41,995 bases of DNA from Cyanophora paradoxa CCMP329 (GCA_004431415.1 QPMI01000664.1:1-41995); one strand, 5' to 3'. Counted from the first letter of the stretch, positions 18,360-30,641 are shown. Made by a program: numbers and translations. The notes: generated from the letters alone by a model not told the origin.

Positions 18360-18995
18360 ATGTTCCAGGGGGAATGCACCCACTCGGACGTCATCACCGT
18401 CGTATGCGGCGCGCTCTTCCTGATTTCCGAGCTGCTGGGCGGCACGGAGCGAGTGCGCCCCAACACCGTGCTGGGTGCCCTGAAGGCGGCGGCCCTTAGG
18501 GTCGTGCGCCGCGGGCAGCCCGAGCCCGAGCCCCCGCCCGAGCAGAGGCGCGAGAGCGTCCAGAACATAGGCCCGCACCACGTGGACATTCAGATGACGC
18601 AGACCGGTACGCGTTTTTTTCTAGAGAACATGGGAAATGGAGACTCCCGCGACACCAGCCCCCAGCGCCGAGGTCAGCGCCACAACACCAGCACCAGCAG
18701 CAGCACCACGGCCTACCCTTGGCTTCTTAGGACTTACGCGCGAAAGAAGCAGCAGCAGCCGAAGGCACCGGCGAAATGGCGGCTGACCTGGATCGGTGCA
18801 CCCGCCGCGCCATCGCGAGCTACGCCAAGCGGGTCGAGCAGTACCACCCCCAGATGGCAGAGGACGCCGGGCGTACGCGAAAAACCCCGCCGCGAGCCCG
18901 CCCGTGATGGCCGCCGTCATCGACCGGCTGCAGTGGGCGCTGCACGAGGAGGGAGAGCGCGTCAGGAATTTCTTCATGCCCAAGTAAATTTCTGA
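18360..18995 (+). CDS. One or two small proteins; N-terminal part is a small membrane protein
   Basis: VITVVCGALFLISELLG TM segment. A TTTTTTCT motif near 18615 suggests a second gene starts near 18630-18640. Confidence 0.4.
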   Translation: MFQGECTHSDVITVVCGALFLISELLGGTERVRPNTVLGALKAAALRVVRRGQPEPEPPPEQRRESVQNIGPHHVDIQMTQTGTRFFLENMGNGDSRDTSPQRRGQRHNTSTSSSTTAYPWLLRTYARKKQQQPKAPAKWRLTWIGAPAAPSRATPSGSSSTTPRWQRTPGVREKPRREPARDGRRHRPAAVGAARGGRARQEFLHAQVNF

Positions 18996-19015
18996 AAGGG
19001 GCCTTAAACCCGAGA

Positions 19016-19204
19016 ATGATGTCCCTGCCGAGCCTCGACAACATCCTCAGCGATTCGCGCTACCTGGGCAGCCTGCTGACCCTCGGCGCCGTTGCGTACA
19101 TGTCGCCCGCGCGCTACTACCTGCTGCGGATCCTCCTCGCGCAATTCGCGGGCTACTACTTCGTGGGGCCCACCCTCCTGAACATGGGACCAAAGCGGGC
19201 TTAA
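19016..19204 (+). CDS. Small two-TM membrane protein
   Basis: 62 aa, hydrophobic; ATTTCT upstream. Confidence 0.55.
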   Translation: MMSLPSLDNILSDSRYLGSLLTLGAVAYMSPARYYLLRILLAQFAGYYFVGPTLLNMGPKRA

Positions 19205-19221
19205 TTTTCTGGGCCCCCTAA

Positions 19222-19670
19222 ATGTCCTGCGTTAACCTCTACGTCCAGTCGAACGGAGAACGCAGGATTCCGAGGGCTTCTGGCGCCTGAAGCTGAACCA
19301 GATCCCCTCCGACATCGACACGCTGCAGATCAAGGGAGTCTACCTGGAGCTGGACACGACCGCGATCCCGGACCCCACCGCCGCGAAAACCGTAAACGTG
19401 CTGCTGATGGACGCGCCCGACTTGAACGTGAGAACCATCTCGAACGTCAACTCGTGCATCAACAAGGTCGTGATCCCGACGTGGGGCCACGACGGCCTGG
19501 AAAACACCATCCTCTACTGGTTCGAGGTGCCCATGGCCGTGCGCCCGAATTACGTCGCGTACGACAAATTCCAGGAGCTGCGCGTGCGCTTCACCGACAT
19601 CACGGGCGCCACCAAGAAGAACAACGCCTTCATCGTCAAGAACTTCGGCCTCTGGGCCTACGCTAAATAG
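19222..19670 (+). CDS. Beta-strand-rich protein, candidate minor capsid (penton-like) protein; frameshift near 19260
   Basis: Joined frames give about 150 aa of alternating beta-type residues ending ...FQELRVRFTDITG...; ATTTTCT...TAAATG start. Penton identity is inference. Confidence 0.45.
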
Positions 19671-19690
19671 ATTTTCGCATGCCCCCTTAA

Positions 19691-20164
19691 ATGCGCCTGA
19701 TCATATTCCCGCGAAAGGGCTCGGGCGTCAAGACGCGCACCTTTACGGGCGTGCCTGGCTACCCCTCGCCCCTTGCTTACAGAGTCGATCTTGTAACCGC
19801 CTCTGGTCCAATTAAATACGGGCTGCTGCACAGCCTCAGTCACATCCGTCTCGGCGAGAGCGCATGGCAGGACTTGGCCTTAATCGTAGAATTCGAGTAC
19901 AGGGGGGTAGACACGCTAACGGGCGATCACTTTTACAGGGTACGGGTAGCAAGGGAGGGGTACTCGCTGCCGAACGGCGCGGGCGGGGAATACTGGGAGC
20001 CGAAAATACGCGATGCCTCCGAGGCCTACCGCTGGCTGCGCGACGAGCAGATCACTATCAGGCCCGATTACCCTACGCCGACGTTTTCTGGCAGGTGCCG
20101 TGGGCCGCTGGACAACGGGCGAGGTGAGCGGCAAGCTGAAGTGGACTGGGACGCGGAGCATTAG
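19691..20164 (+). CDS. Hypothetical viral protein
   Basis: 157-aa ORF; ATTTTC...TAAATG start. Confidence 0.6.
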   Translation: MRLIIFPRKGSGVKTRTFTGVPGYPSPLAYRVDLVTASGPIKYGLLHSLSHIRLGESAWQDLALIVEFEYRGVDTLTGDHFYRVRVAREGYSLPNGAGGEYWEPKIRDASEAYRWLRDEQITIRPDYPTPTFSGRCRGPLDNGRGERQAEVDWDAEH

Positions 20165-20189
20165 TTAATTTTTCTCTCTCGCGGTAAAA

Positions 20190-23100
20190 TGTCGATGCTC
20201 GACGACCCTGGCGCATGGCCATCCCGAATCCGGACGAGGTGCTGAACGGCGCCTTCGCGATAGACGGGAGCCTGAGCGTGAGGGGAATTTACGCGGACGA
20301 GATAAGGCTGCGCAAGGGCGCGACCTACAGCGATTTCCTGACGTCCGTCGGTACCTTGGACGATTACGGTGACCTCACCGCAATTATCAAGGGCTCTGGG
20401 GCGTGACGACCGAGACGGGCGTGGACTGGAACATTATTAAGAGGGCGGCCGACGTGAAAATCGCAAACTCCGTCACAGCAAAAGATGCCACCCTGAACCT
20501 CGTGAAACTGACTCTAAAGGGCGCAGAGGGAGACGTGAGGCCCGGGTACAACGCACTCGAGCGCATCGCGGGCCCCCTGCGCCACATCTACTGGAGCCGC
20601 CAGGCGCTGCCGAGCATGGAGCCCGAGCAGTACAGGCGCGACAGGGAGGAGTTTTTCGCGTGGTTCGACCACTTCAAGGTCAACATCCGTGCCCTGAGCG
20701 CCGACAGGACGGGCGAGACGCCGGAGACGACGGGCGGGGGCCGCATCCCAACGGCGCCCGACGTGCTTCCCGATCGCTCCGACTGGGCGAAAACCCAGAA
20801 CTGGGCGCTGAAGGACCACTTCCACGACGAGAGGTACGCCCTCGTCAAGCACCCGCACGTGAAGGCCGACATCACGGACTGGGCGCACCGCCACCTGTAC
20901 GACGACATCATCGGCGGGCCCAAGGTGCCGGGCGCAATTCCTGGTGGGGGTACGGGCGGCGGAAGCACGGGAGGTGGGGGTACAGGCACCGGGGGTGGGG
21001 GTACAGGCACCGGAGGCGGGGGTACAGGCACGGGGGGCGGAGGGGGCGCGGGCGGCACGCCAGTGGGCGGGGGTGGGGCAGCAGCAGCTCGGGTGGCGGC
21101 GGTCGGCGGGGACGGCATGGATAAGGTAGCAGGCCTTGCACTTCAACGGCCATCTTCGGGGCGCCCTCATCGTAGGCGGCATCAAATACTACAAGGATCG
21201 GAAGGGGTTCGTGAGGCAAATCGACGAGCTGAACGCGAGACCCCCCATTAAATTCGATTCCGAGGACGCGCAGCGCGAGTACTACAAACTCGAGAACGAA
21301 AAGAAGCAATGGAGCGAGCTGAAAGACAAGGAAATGACAGAGGTCGCGGAGAAGAAGGCGGAAGCGAACAAGCTGATGACAGACGCTCAAAGGCAGGAAG
21401 AGAGCGCCCTCACGGCGCTAAGGTCGGCGGAGCGCCAGGTCGCGGAAGAGCGCACGAAAATGATACTCGATGCCGAGGAGGAGCTGAAGAGGCTAAACGA
21501 GCAAAGGGAAGCCGCCAAGGCAAAGAAGCTGCAGGAAATCGAGGCGCTGACTGCCGGCACCGAGCTGCTCGAGGCGCAGAGGAAAGAGATCGAGGACAGG
21601 AAGAAGAAATTGGAAAAGGAGGCAGAGACGAGAAGGCAGCTGCTGGAAGAGGAAGAAGAAACGAGGAGAAAGGCGGGAGAGCTGCAAACGGGGGCGGTGC
21701 AGGAGGCGAACAGGCTCCGGGAGGAGATCAAAAATTTAAAAGAGGCGGCCGAGCGGGCGGACGAGCAGTCGAAAAAATTCAAGGCCAACGCGGACGAGCT
21801 GGCACAGAGGCTGCTCAAGTACGCGGCCACGGCAGAGGCTCGCTCGCCCATGGGGACGGCCGAGACGCAGACGACGCCGAGGCCCGATCCGAGGCCGGCC
21901 GCCGAGAGGCTGCCCTTCGCGCGGCTGGGTAGGAGCGACCAGGTGGAAGAGCTCATTGGCCTCACGCTCGAGGATCAGAGGGCCCTCTTCGACGCGTTAG
22001 AGCAGCGGCGCAGGGCGGACGAGGAGGCAGCTGCCAAGACAGAAGAGGAACGACTGAAGGCAATGCAAACTGCATCAGACGAGGAATTTGCACGGCTGGA
22101 GGAGCCGAAGGTAGCGGAGCGTAAGCGACGACTGGAGACGTTCAGGGGCGCAGATGGATTTTTACCGCTCGGAGCTCAAAAAACTGAAAGAAGGAAATGC
22201 ATCGGGGGACAGGGTCGCGCCATGGAAGAGAACATGCGCGACTTTAGCTACGTTATGGATCAGCTGACGGGAAGGGGTCAGAAAGACGCCGAAGAACTGA
22301 GGAGAAAGATGGCCGATGAGAAGTGGAAAAACTTTGAGCGTCAGGCTGTTCAGAGGCCCATCAGCGATGCCATCTGGATAGCGTACGGCGACGTGGAGGA
22401 GATGCACCGCGAACTGCGGACGGAAGCGAGCCTATGGCGGGGAGCCCTCGAATGGTCATTGTACCGGATGCAAAAGGGAAAATTCGCGGCAGAGCTGCGA
22501 GCCAATCCGAAAACGGTGAGCGCGGGCGCACAGAGCGCGTACCTCTCCATGGTCGATTACGTGGGCAAGCTGAGCAAATTTTGGGAAATGCGAAGAGCCA
22601 TCATTCCAGCGGAGGGGCTCGCGCAGTACGATGCCATGGTGCGCGATCTGGAGGCCTTCAAACGTGAGCACCCACCCGCCAAATACAAGATTCACATAGA
22701 TACGACGGCATTCATGGGCGATCTAAGGAAGAGAGGAGACGAGGCCAAGAGTCAGATCGAGGAGCGCTACAGAAAGGCCCAAGCGGACAAGGAGTACGCA
22801 AACAGGGTGATTGAAGAGCGCAAACAGCAAGCAAAGGAGAACGCGGCTAGACGCAACGCCGAGATAGAAGAGCAGAGGAAGAAGATTGCGGAGCGCAAGG
22901 CGGCAGAGGAGGAGGCGAGAAAAACCAAGGTAGAAACAGAATACCAAGCATTGAAACGGGAGGCCAGTCAACTATTAAAAAGGAGGGGAAGGGCGTACGC
23001 CGATGAGGGCGCGGGCGTCGGCTTGGCCAGCCCAGACGACATCACACTCGCGGAGAGGGACGACGTTTCCGTGGAGGAAATGCGCCCGGGCACCGCCCGC

Positions 23101-25388
23101 CTGCCCTCCGAGGGCGTGTTTCAGACGCTCGACAGGCGCGTGATGGGCGACTCGGACGTTATTTTGCGCAACGCCCTGATGCCCTACGGCGACTGGAACC
23201 GCGCCACCGCCGACGCCCTTGCGGATTTCGACCTCGAGCGATTCACCACCAAAGAGCAGCGCGACGCCTACCTGGGGCGCCCGAGGGCAAGGCGGCCCGG
23301 GGTGGCCAAGGAGGCCTCAGCGCCGAGACGCTCTTCTCGCGGCGGGTACGGCGAACAACGATGGCATGTCTTTCGGGGCAGCCGATTTATTTCAAGGGGC
23401 GGGTATCGATTTGGTGGGCGCCGGGCTGGGGGGTACGGGCTCGCGGGCCATGCGGCGGGCGGGCGCGGCGGCGGCGGGCCTTGGACTGGCGACGGCGGGG
23501 GGTCTGCTCTCGGCCTACCAGGCGCTCTCGCAGGGCAAGATAGGGGAGGCGGAGTTCTTCGATACGTTCCGCGATCAGATGATCATGACGGTCGGCTCCT
23601 TTGGCCTGCAGACGGGCATGTCGTCCGCCCTGAGCGCCCTCACGAAAATGAGGATCGGCACGGTGGGCGGACTTGGCCTGTCCATCCTCGCGGGCGCCAT
23701 CGCGCAGGTGATCGTGGATATCATCAACGGGCGCAGCGCGGAAGAGATCGTGAAGAACTTCTTCAAGTACCCCGTCGACTGGGCGGCCGACACCATCCAG
23801 TTCATTGCGCAATTATCGCAGCAGATCTACGACTGGGGCGTCGAGACGTGGGGCGACGAGGCGAGCCAGCTGCGCAACCGAATTAATCGGCTGGAGGGCG
23901 AGCTGGGCTCCGGATTTGTGGGGGTGTACGACCCCTCGGAGGCGCGCGAAATGGCCTCTCTCTTGGCCCAGGAGCTGCGGTTAAACGAAATTAAGGAGCC
24001 GAAGGAGCTGCAGGCGTTCATTCGCGCGCTCGACAACAGCATCAACGATTACCGTACCCCCAAGGACCAGAAGACCCTGCTCGAAATCGATCGCGCGACC
24101 GTGCTCTTCCTCTCCCAGCTCACCGTTAAAATGCAGGAGGGCTTCGGGTCGACTTCGCTCGCCCTGAGTCGACTTATGCGCGACCTGAAGCAGATGATAA
24201 AGGAGGAGACCAAGGGGCGGAAGCGCGTCTTAATTGCCGTCTACCAGGAGGGCCTCAACAGGATCAATCACATCGAAGCCCTAAGGCGCGAATTCGGCTC
24301 GGCCATCCGTCACTCGGGCGTCTCGTCGAACGGAGGGGCGCAGGTGGCCCGCCTGGCCGACGCCAACTCGCGCCTCGAGATTCCCGGTACCTTCCGCATG
24401 CAGGATTGGTGGGAGGCCGAGGCCTTCAGGAATTACGGGGCCTTCATAGACAACGGGATCAATTCCCAGAGCCCCAAGGCAAACTGGCTGGTACCCAAGG
24501 CCTACGTCGATAAATTGATGGACAGGCCCGCGGCACCCTACAGCAAAAAGATCGCCAAGGGCATCGAGTACTGGGCGCCCGAGCCTAACCAGCCCGTCTT
24601 TGCGTCGCAGAACTACGAGTGGCACATGGCGCCGGGGGCGAGTCAGGCCGTCAGCACCGTGGGCGTTGCCGTACCGCAGCTGGCGGCCGTGGCGCATACA
24701 GGAGAGTACCAAGATCTAAAAGGGAGGCCGACGATACCGACAATTCCAGCAACTTGGGCGTGGGATAACATCACGGGGAAGCCGAGCACGTACCCCCACG
24801 CAGACCACCAGCACACCCTCTCCCAGATCAGCGACTGGGAGGCCCCGGATTTGTCAAACATCACTGTGGACTGGGAAACGCAAGTTACGGGCAGGCCAGC
24901 CACCTTTCCCCCCTCGACTCACAGTCACAACGTGGACTGGGAGACTCAAGTTACGGGGAAGCCTCTCACCTTCCCCCCCTCTACGCACAGTCACACAGAG
25001 TACTCGCTCACCGGCCACGGGCACAGAAACGTGAACATGGACGCTTACATTCAACACGGCACTTTCTTTCACACGTACTCCGCGAACACGGCTTTCGATC
25101 TCAACACAACATACATTGTCACGTTCAACATGAGTTTCCCGGAAGCGTACGACGCAGGTGGTGGCTTGTTACCTGTATGGCCCCAGCCAGGGGGAACCCA
25201 CCGCCAAACGTAACAGTTACCCATCCATAAAACTTGGAGTGGATGTCGACATGACAGTGAACGTCTACGACGTCACCTACACCGGATTTGTCGTCAGAGT
25301 GAGGTTCAGGCCCACGATGTCAGAAACGATCATCGAATCTAAACGGCTCACGATCTACTGGATGGCAGCGGGCAAGCTGCTTATGTAA
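20190..25388 (+). CDS. Giant (~1,700 aa) fibre/tape-measure-like protein, broken by several frameshifts (ORFs 20215, 20403, 21136, 23219, 25158)
   Basis: Consecutive overlapping ORFs join at single-base shifts. Contains HxH fibre motifs, a (GGGGTGT)n linker, a TM segment, a long coiled coil, Gly/Ala hydrophobic helices, W..(I/V)TG(K/R)P.T(Y/F)P...H.H repeats and a C-terminal H-type-lectin-like domain (VTF...F...VYDVTYTGF...YWMAAG). Confidence 0.6.
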
Positions 25389-25412
25389 TCGATTTTCTGA
25401 TGCAATCCAAAA

Positions 25413-26238
25413 ATGTCAGTTGCTGTTCCTTTGTTCACCTACGCTGCAGCGTGAATCACAAGGGCGATCACACGATTAAGGAGACCACCCTCGGAAACCA
25501 GGCCACCGAGGCCCCCTACAACGCCACGGCCGTCCCTTCTCCGAGGCCGATCTCGTGCGAGTCGGCGAGCTGCGCTGCGATAAGATGCGCACGCGGGAGG
25601 GCGGATCGGCCGTGCCGGGGCGCGTGAAGACGCAGAGGCTCACCGTCACGAACGGCTCCTGGGACGGGAGTGGTCACACCACAAACGCCCTGACCTTTAA
25701 CGGTACTGCCGACGGGGAGGGGAATGCGGCGCTCTACGTGCAGGGGGGAGGGGCGGACGTGGTGGGCGGGCTGCGGGTCAACGGGGCCGCAACAATTACG
25801 GGCTACCTGAAGCACCCAAAGCCGGCTTTCTGCGTGGGCCTGAAAACAACGTTTGTAACACCAGCGGAAAAGGGGGTCATCAAACCATGGGGGTGGGCGT
25901 GGATCAACACGGGAGGCTTCAATACGACGGAGGGCACATTCACGGCACCCGTGAGCGGGGTGTACAAATTTACGCTGTCGGCAACCAGTGCTGTCGCAGG
26001 GGCCCTTTCCGTCACGCTGCGGAGAAACGGATCGGAAGGCGTGGATGGTGCGAAACCCTGGGCGTACACAAGCGAATCCGGCGATAACCGCAACCTTGCA
26101 TTTACGTTCATGTGCACTCTGGCACAAGATCAGTACATCGATCTTTACTCCTGGAGTGGTCAGTACCTGGGCGAGGGATTGAGTGTCACACCCAGTGGCT
26201 TCACCATATTCACTGGCGAGCTTGTTTACATGACGTGA
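25413..26238 (+). CDS. C1q/TNF-like domain fibre-head protein (5' frameshifts)
   Basis: PAFCVG...GFNTTEGTFTAPVSGVYKFT...LRRNG...LAQDQYIDL...FTIFTGELV is a typical C1q pattern. Confidence 0.8.
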
Positions 26239-26256
26239 GTCTTGGTGTAGAACGAC

Positions 26257-28277
26257 TCAGAGGCCGTACTTGGCCTTAAGGTGCGTCATCAGGCTGCTGA
26301 TGTCGCCGCGGAGCCGGAGCGCCCGACAATGATGATCTCAGCGACAAAGGCGTTGAGGTACCCGCCCAGACACCAATGTTCCTCCCAATGAAGCCGGATG
26401 TGCGGGCCTGTGCAAGGGGCAACCGGTAGAGGGTCCCGTACCTCCACGCGCCGGGATCGCGGTAGCGCCCCCGCCCTGCAGCGAAGACCAGAACGTACGC
26501 GACGTGTCCGTGAACTGGCATATGAAGACGCTGTAGGAGGATGTCGATGTCGTCTGGGGCGTGGTCGTGTACGCACTGTACGTCGTGGAATTCGGGCTGA
26601 CGCCTGTGACGATCCGACCCGGGTCGTTCAGGTCGTGCATCGCGTAAATGATGCCGGATACGTCCGATACCACGCCGATGTTCCAGTAGTTCGTGTGATC
26701 TACGCTGCTTATGGCCTTCACTACCAACGCGACCAGGAACCCATTCGGGTAAGCAACGTTGTTGAACCGCGACAGGTGCGCCGAAAAGTCTAGCCACTGG
26801 CTGGAAGCCGACGTGAAGCGCAGCGCCGGCTTGCCGTTGCTGGCGTTCGCGACGAAGGTAGGGCGGTTTGCCGGCGTCGACTGCGTTGCGGACTCTGCGG
26901 TGTTCGCGAGGTTCTGCCAGCTGCTGACCGCTGCGCCGTCTGCAAGCGAGAGGGACGAGGCGTCGAAGTGCTGCACCAGATCTGTACCGAACTGAGCGGC
27001 AACGGAGAAGAGGGTGACGCTGCTGCTTCCCGAGGAGGGGCCCTCCTCGCCACCTGGTTGACGCCTTGACGGTGTAAGTGTACGTGGCCCCGTAGACGGC
27101 CGTCGCGTCCGAGTAGGGGCTGGCGCTGGCGTTCGCGAGGAAGGCGCCGCCCCTGTAGATGTTGTAGGAGACGGTGACGCCCGTCGCCGGCGCGGACCAC
27201 GCGAGCACCACGGGCAGCAGCTGGGGCGCCCCTTCCGTCGGGGTCGCGGTGAGCCCCGCGGGCGCCGCCGGGTCCGTGGTGACGTAGACGGCCACGCTTG
27301 TGAGCCCCTCCCCGCCCAAGTTCGTCGCGGAGATCTGGTACTCGTACCCCGTACCCCAGACCGTGGTCGCGTCGCTGTAGGAGTTGGTTGCGGAGTCTGT
27401 AAGGTAGGCCCCATCCCTGTAGATCTTGTACCCCGTCGCCCCCGTGGGCGCCGTCCACGCTAAGCTGACGGGCTGCTGCTGATCGTCGGTGCAGTCGCCG
27501 TCACGTTCGTGGGTGCCGCCGGCTTCGTCCAAACAACGAGGGGATCGGACTTTTCGTATTCGACCCCGCCCACGATGCCAGCCACCTGGTAGGAGTACTC
27601 CGTGCCCCATGCGAGGGCAGTGCTATCGTCAATGTACGAGGTAGATAGTCCGCTGCTCGCAAATCCGATGGGGGTACCATCCCTGTAAATGCGAATCGAG
27701 TCCGCGCCCTCCATGGCCACCCAGTTGATTGTGACAACAAAGGTGGGCTTCGGGAAGCCTGCAGACGCGGGCCGCCCCCTGCGATAAAATCGCCGTAGCT
27801 CTGGGCCGTGGCGGTCGTGAGCGTGGTGTACGCCTCGATCTGCGGCTGAAGCCGCCTATGCCTTGAAGAGAATGTAATTGCTCATAGTGCCCTCATGCGT
27901 GTAGAGAAGCGACTGTGCGTAGGTGGTGGGCGGGGCTTTGCGTGAGAGCCCGTGCTGCTGCTGCCCTGCTCGCGCACCGCCGCCACGCGTAGAGCCGCAG
28001 AGCCCCGAAACTAAAGGGCGAGTCCGTGTAGGTGACGGTTGGCGCATTCACCGTGGCCACGAGATCCAGGGCCGTTGATGCTGGTCGCCCTGTACACCTT
28101 GTACTTGACGGCGTTGGCGACGGCGACCCAGTTCAGTTGAAATCCGTAGGTGCCGCCCCCGTTATTGAGCACGGAGCCCGATCGGACCTGGGGCCTGCTC
28201 ACAGTGAGCGAGATCGGTTCCACGCCGTACTGCGGCGCCTGCACCACCTGCTTCTTCACAAATACGAAGCGGGGCAT
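26257..28277 (-). CDS. Fibronectin type III repeat protein with C-terminal LamG/ConA-like domain (multiple frameshifts; may be two genes)
   Basis: Four FN3-like units (L.W.A...A..Y.IYR.G...Y.D...G..Y.Y.V.A), then HFDASSL...VSSWQN...RPTF...NGKPALRF...AEIIIV...HLKAKYGL stop at 26257. Confidence 0.7.
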
Positions 28278-28316
28278 TTTCCTCTACGATCCGAAAAAAT
28301 ATCTGCGCCGGGGTAA

Positions 28317-29782
28317 ATGACTTCCAACTGGTACCAGACCCTCAACTCCCTGGACGTTGGTGACAACACCAAGGATTTTGCGCGCATCCCTCGGTAGTTA
28401 CGTCGACGTCTTTCTGCAAAATCCCGTCGTGATTCAGGCCGTTCAGAACGCCTACGCCACGCCCAAGATTTACTCCTACCAGCTCTTCTTCGACCCTTTG
28501 AGCCTCAGCGCAGAGGTAATCGAGCTGCTGCACGAATCCGGCCTCGTGAAAAAGGTCGCGCCTGCCACGGCCACGGCCAACGTCCTGCGCTGTCTCGAGG
28601 TAAAGTTCAGGGAGACGGGGTACGGCCCCACCGTGAACCAGTACACCGACAACAGTCTACCGGGTACGGGTGCGTACACGGCGCGGGGTACGCTCAAGGG
28701 CGACGTGCTCTTCACAAAATTCAATCCAAGTCCGCCCCCTGGGGCCCTCTACACGGCGGCAACCCGCGCGAATCGAATCTGCCCCGCTTCCCTTCACCTT
28801 TTTCAAGTTCCAGGTCTTCCCCTCCCCTACGCCGCAGACCAGCCCCACTTCAGCACGGGTGCCAGCCTCTGCGCAGAGCTGCGCGAGTGCTCGATTTCCT
28901 ACAGGCACACACGGGCTCCGACGCGGTGCAGCCCGCGGCCCGCATCTCGGGCATCGGCAACGACATCGCCCTCCTCTACGGATAATCTTTCTCATTTGAG
29001 GTCGCAAAATGCCTGCTACTTCGAACACCATCGTCAAGACCGTGCTGCCCACCCCGATTTCTCGGCGACGCCACGAACGCGGCCAACGCTGGGACGGATT
29101 CCGTGGTCTGGGACGGCAACTACGCCTCCATGCTGACCGTGAAAATCCAGAATCCAGTCATGCTGCGCATCACCTCCAACGACTTGAGAATCCCGCCTCC
29201 TGCTCCGTGTACGTGTACTTTGACATCGACTCGGGAGTGAGCGCGGACGAGGCGAGGCCCTCTGGCTTTCCGGCCTCCTTAAAAAGATAGAGCCTCCGTA
29301 CCCGATCGGCCCGCGATTCGCGTGCTCGAGCTCAAGTTCACTGCGACACCGCCTCACCCGCACCTTAATGGCGCTCCAAGACTCACATTGACGGCGCTGC
29401 CATCGATAGCACGCGCAAAACTACACAGGCCGTCCCTTCGAGATGTACAACCTCTGGAAGATGACCGCAAAGGAGATGATGACGAATGCCACCACGGGCG
29501 GAGTCTCGGGTACCTCGTTTTCCTACGATTCCTCGAATCCCGTACCCAGGTCTGGCCCCGGCTCCTCTTCACGAAATTCACTTTCAAATTGTACAACAAC
29601 ATTGCGGGTATGCCTACCTCTGGAATGGTCGTGGCTCTACCCTCATGGCCGAGCTGATAGAAGCTGAGGCAGACTACACAACTGCCACAACCAACCCTGC
29701 AAACGGCACGGCTACAAACTACGTATCCTGGGCCACAATAGGCCGCGAGTACGACACTAAGATTCACACCACTAGCGTCTAG
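28317..29782 (+). pseudogene. Beta-rich putative structural protein, heavily frameshifted
   Basis: TAAATG start; coding-like fragments in alternating frames (ORFs 28357, 28670, 29009, 29322, 29443, 29486). Confidence 0.45.
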
Positions 29783-30132
29783 ACTGGCTAAGCTGCATTA
29801 GCGCCTGTGCCGCCTCCATCATCTCCGCAATCTCTTCGCTCTTCTCCCGCAGGCTTGTACCTCCTCTTCTTCTTCTGGATCTCCGACATCGATACCCAGC
29901 GCAGGTTCTCCCTCCTGTAGTCAGCGGGTTGCCGTTGATGTGCTCCACGTACAGTCCACGTGGCGGCTTCCCGAGGATGAGCTGGAGAGGTAGTGCTTGC
30001 GCCTCCCGAAAGTCTTGGTCACCCTGCCCTGTCCAGTCGCCAGGGAAACTCCATCGCACTCCGGGGTACGTCCGAGTTGACCAGGACGTTGTAGGGCAGG
30101 TCGCGGGAGTCGGTGCACTTGAGCAGGGCCAT
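29772..30132 (-). pseudogene. Degenerate HNH endonuclease (HNH_3-like)
   Basis: LILGKPPRGLYVEHINGNPL followed in a shifted frame by ..ENLRWVS; ATTTTCT upstream of ATG 30132. Confidence 0.6.
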
Positions 30133-30167
30133 TTTGCCCTAGGTTCAGAAAATGTTCGACCGGGACC

Positions 30168-30641
30168 TTGGACCTTGGTGCTCGGACTTGGTGCTTGGTG
30201 CTTGGTGCTTGGTGCTTTGGAAGCGTTTCTCTCAGGACCCGGCCCAGACTTTCTCCAGGATCGGAAATTTGTCAGACAAGTCAGGTGAGTTTTTCTACGG
30301 ACTTTTTTACTCGTAGTCTTTTTAGTCGTACCACCCTCATACTCTTTTTACTCGTAGTCTTTTTTACTCTTACGACTTCTCGTACCCTCTGTCTCTTGAC
30401 ATCTCGCTTGAATCGCTCTCGAAACTCTGTCGACATTTCAGACTCTACCTCTCTCGAAATCTCACCTGGAATGTCACCGAAACGTCGTATGCAAAATGCA
30501 GTACCCCTTTCTAAGTCTGCCCGATGGTTAATGACTTGGCGCGGCAAACTCTCAGATCCAGAGAAAGTCTGGGCCCAGACTCTGAGAGTAACGCTCCAAA
30601 GCACCAAGCACCAAGCCCAAGGTCCGAGCACCAAGGTCAAG
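30168..30641. repeat. Inverted repeat (~100-bp arms) with CTTGGTG heptamer arrays around a pyrimidine-rich spacer
   Basis: 30171-30186 matches the reverse complement of 30623-30638, and 30241-30255 matches 30561-30575; tandem CTTGGTG/CACCAAG; TTTTTACTCGTAGTCTTTTT is repeated in the spacer. Confidence 0.85.
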
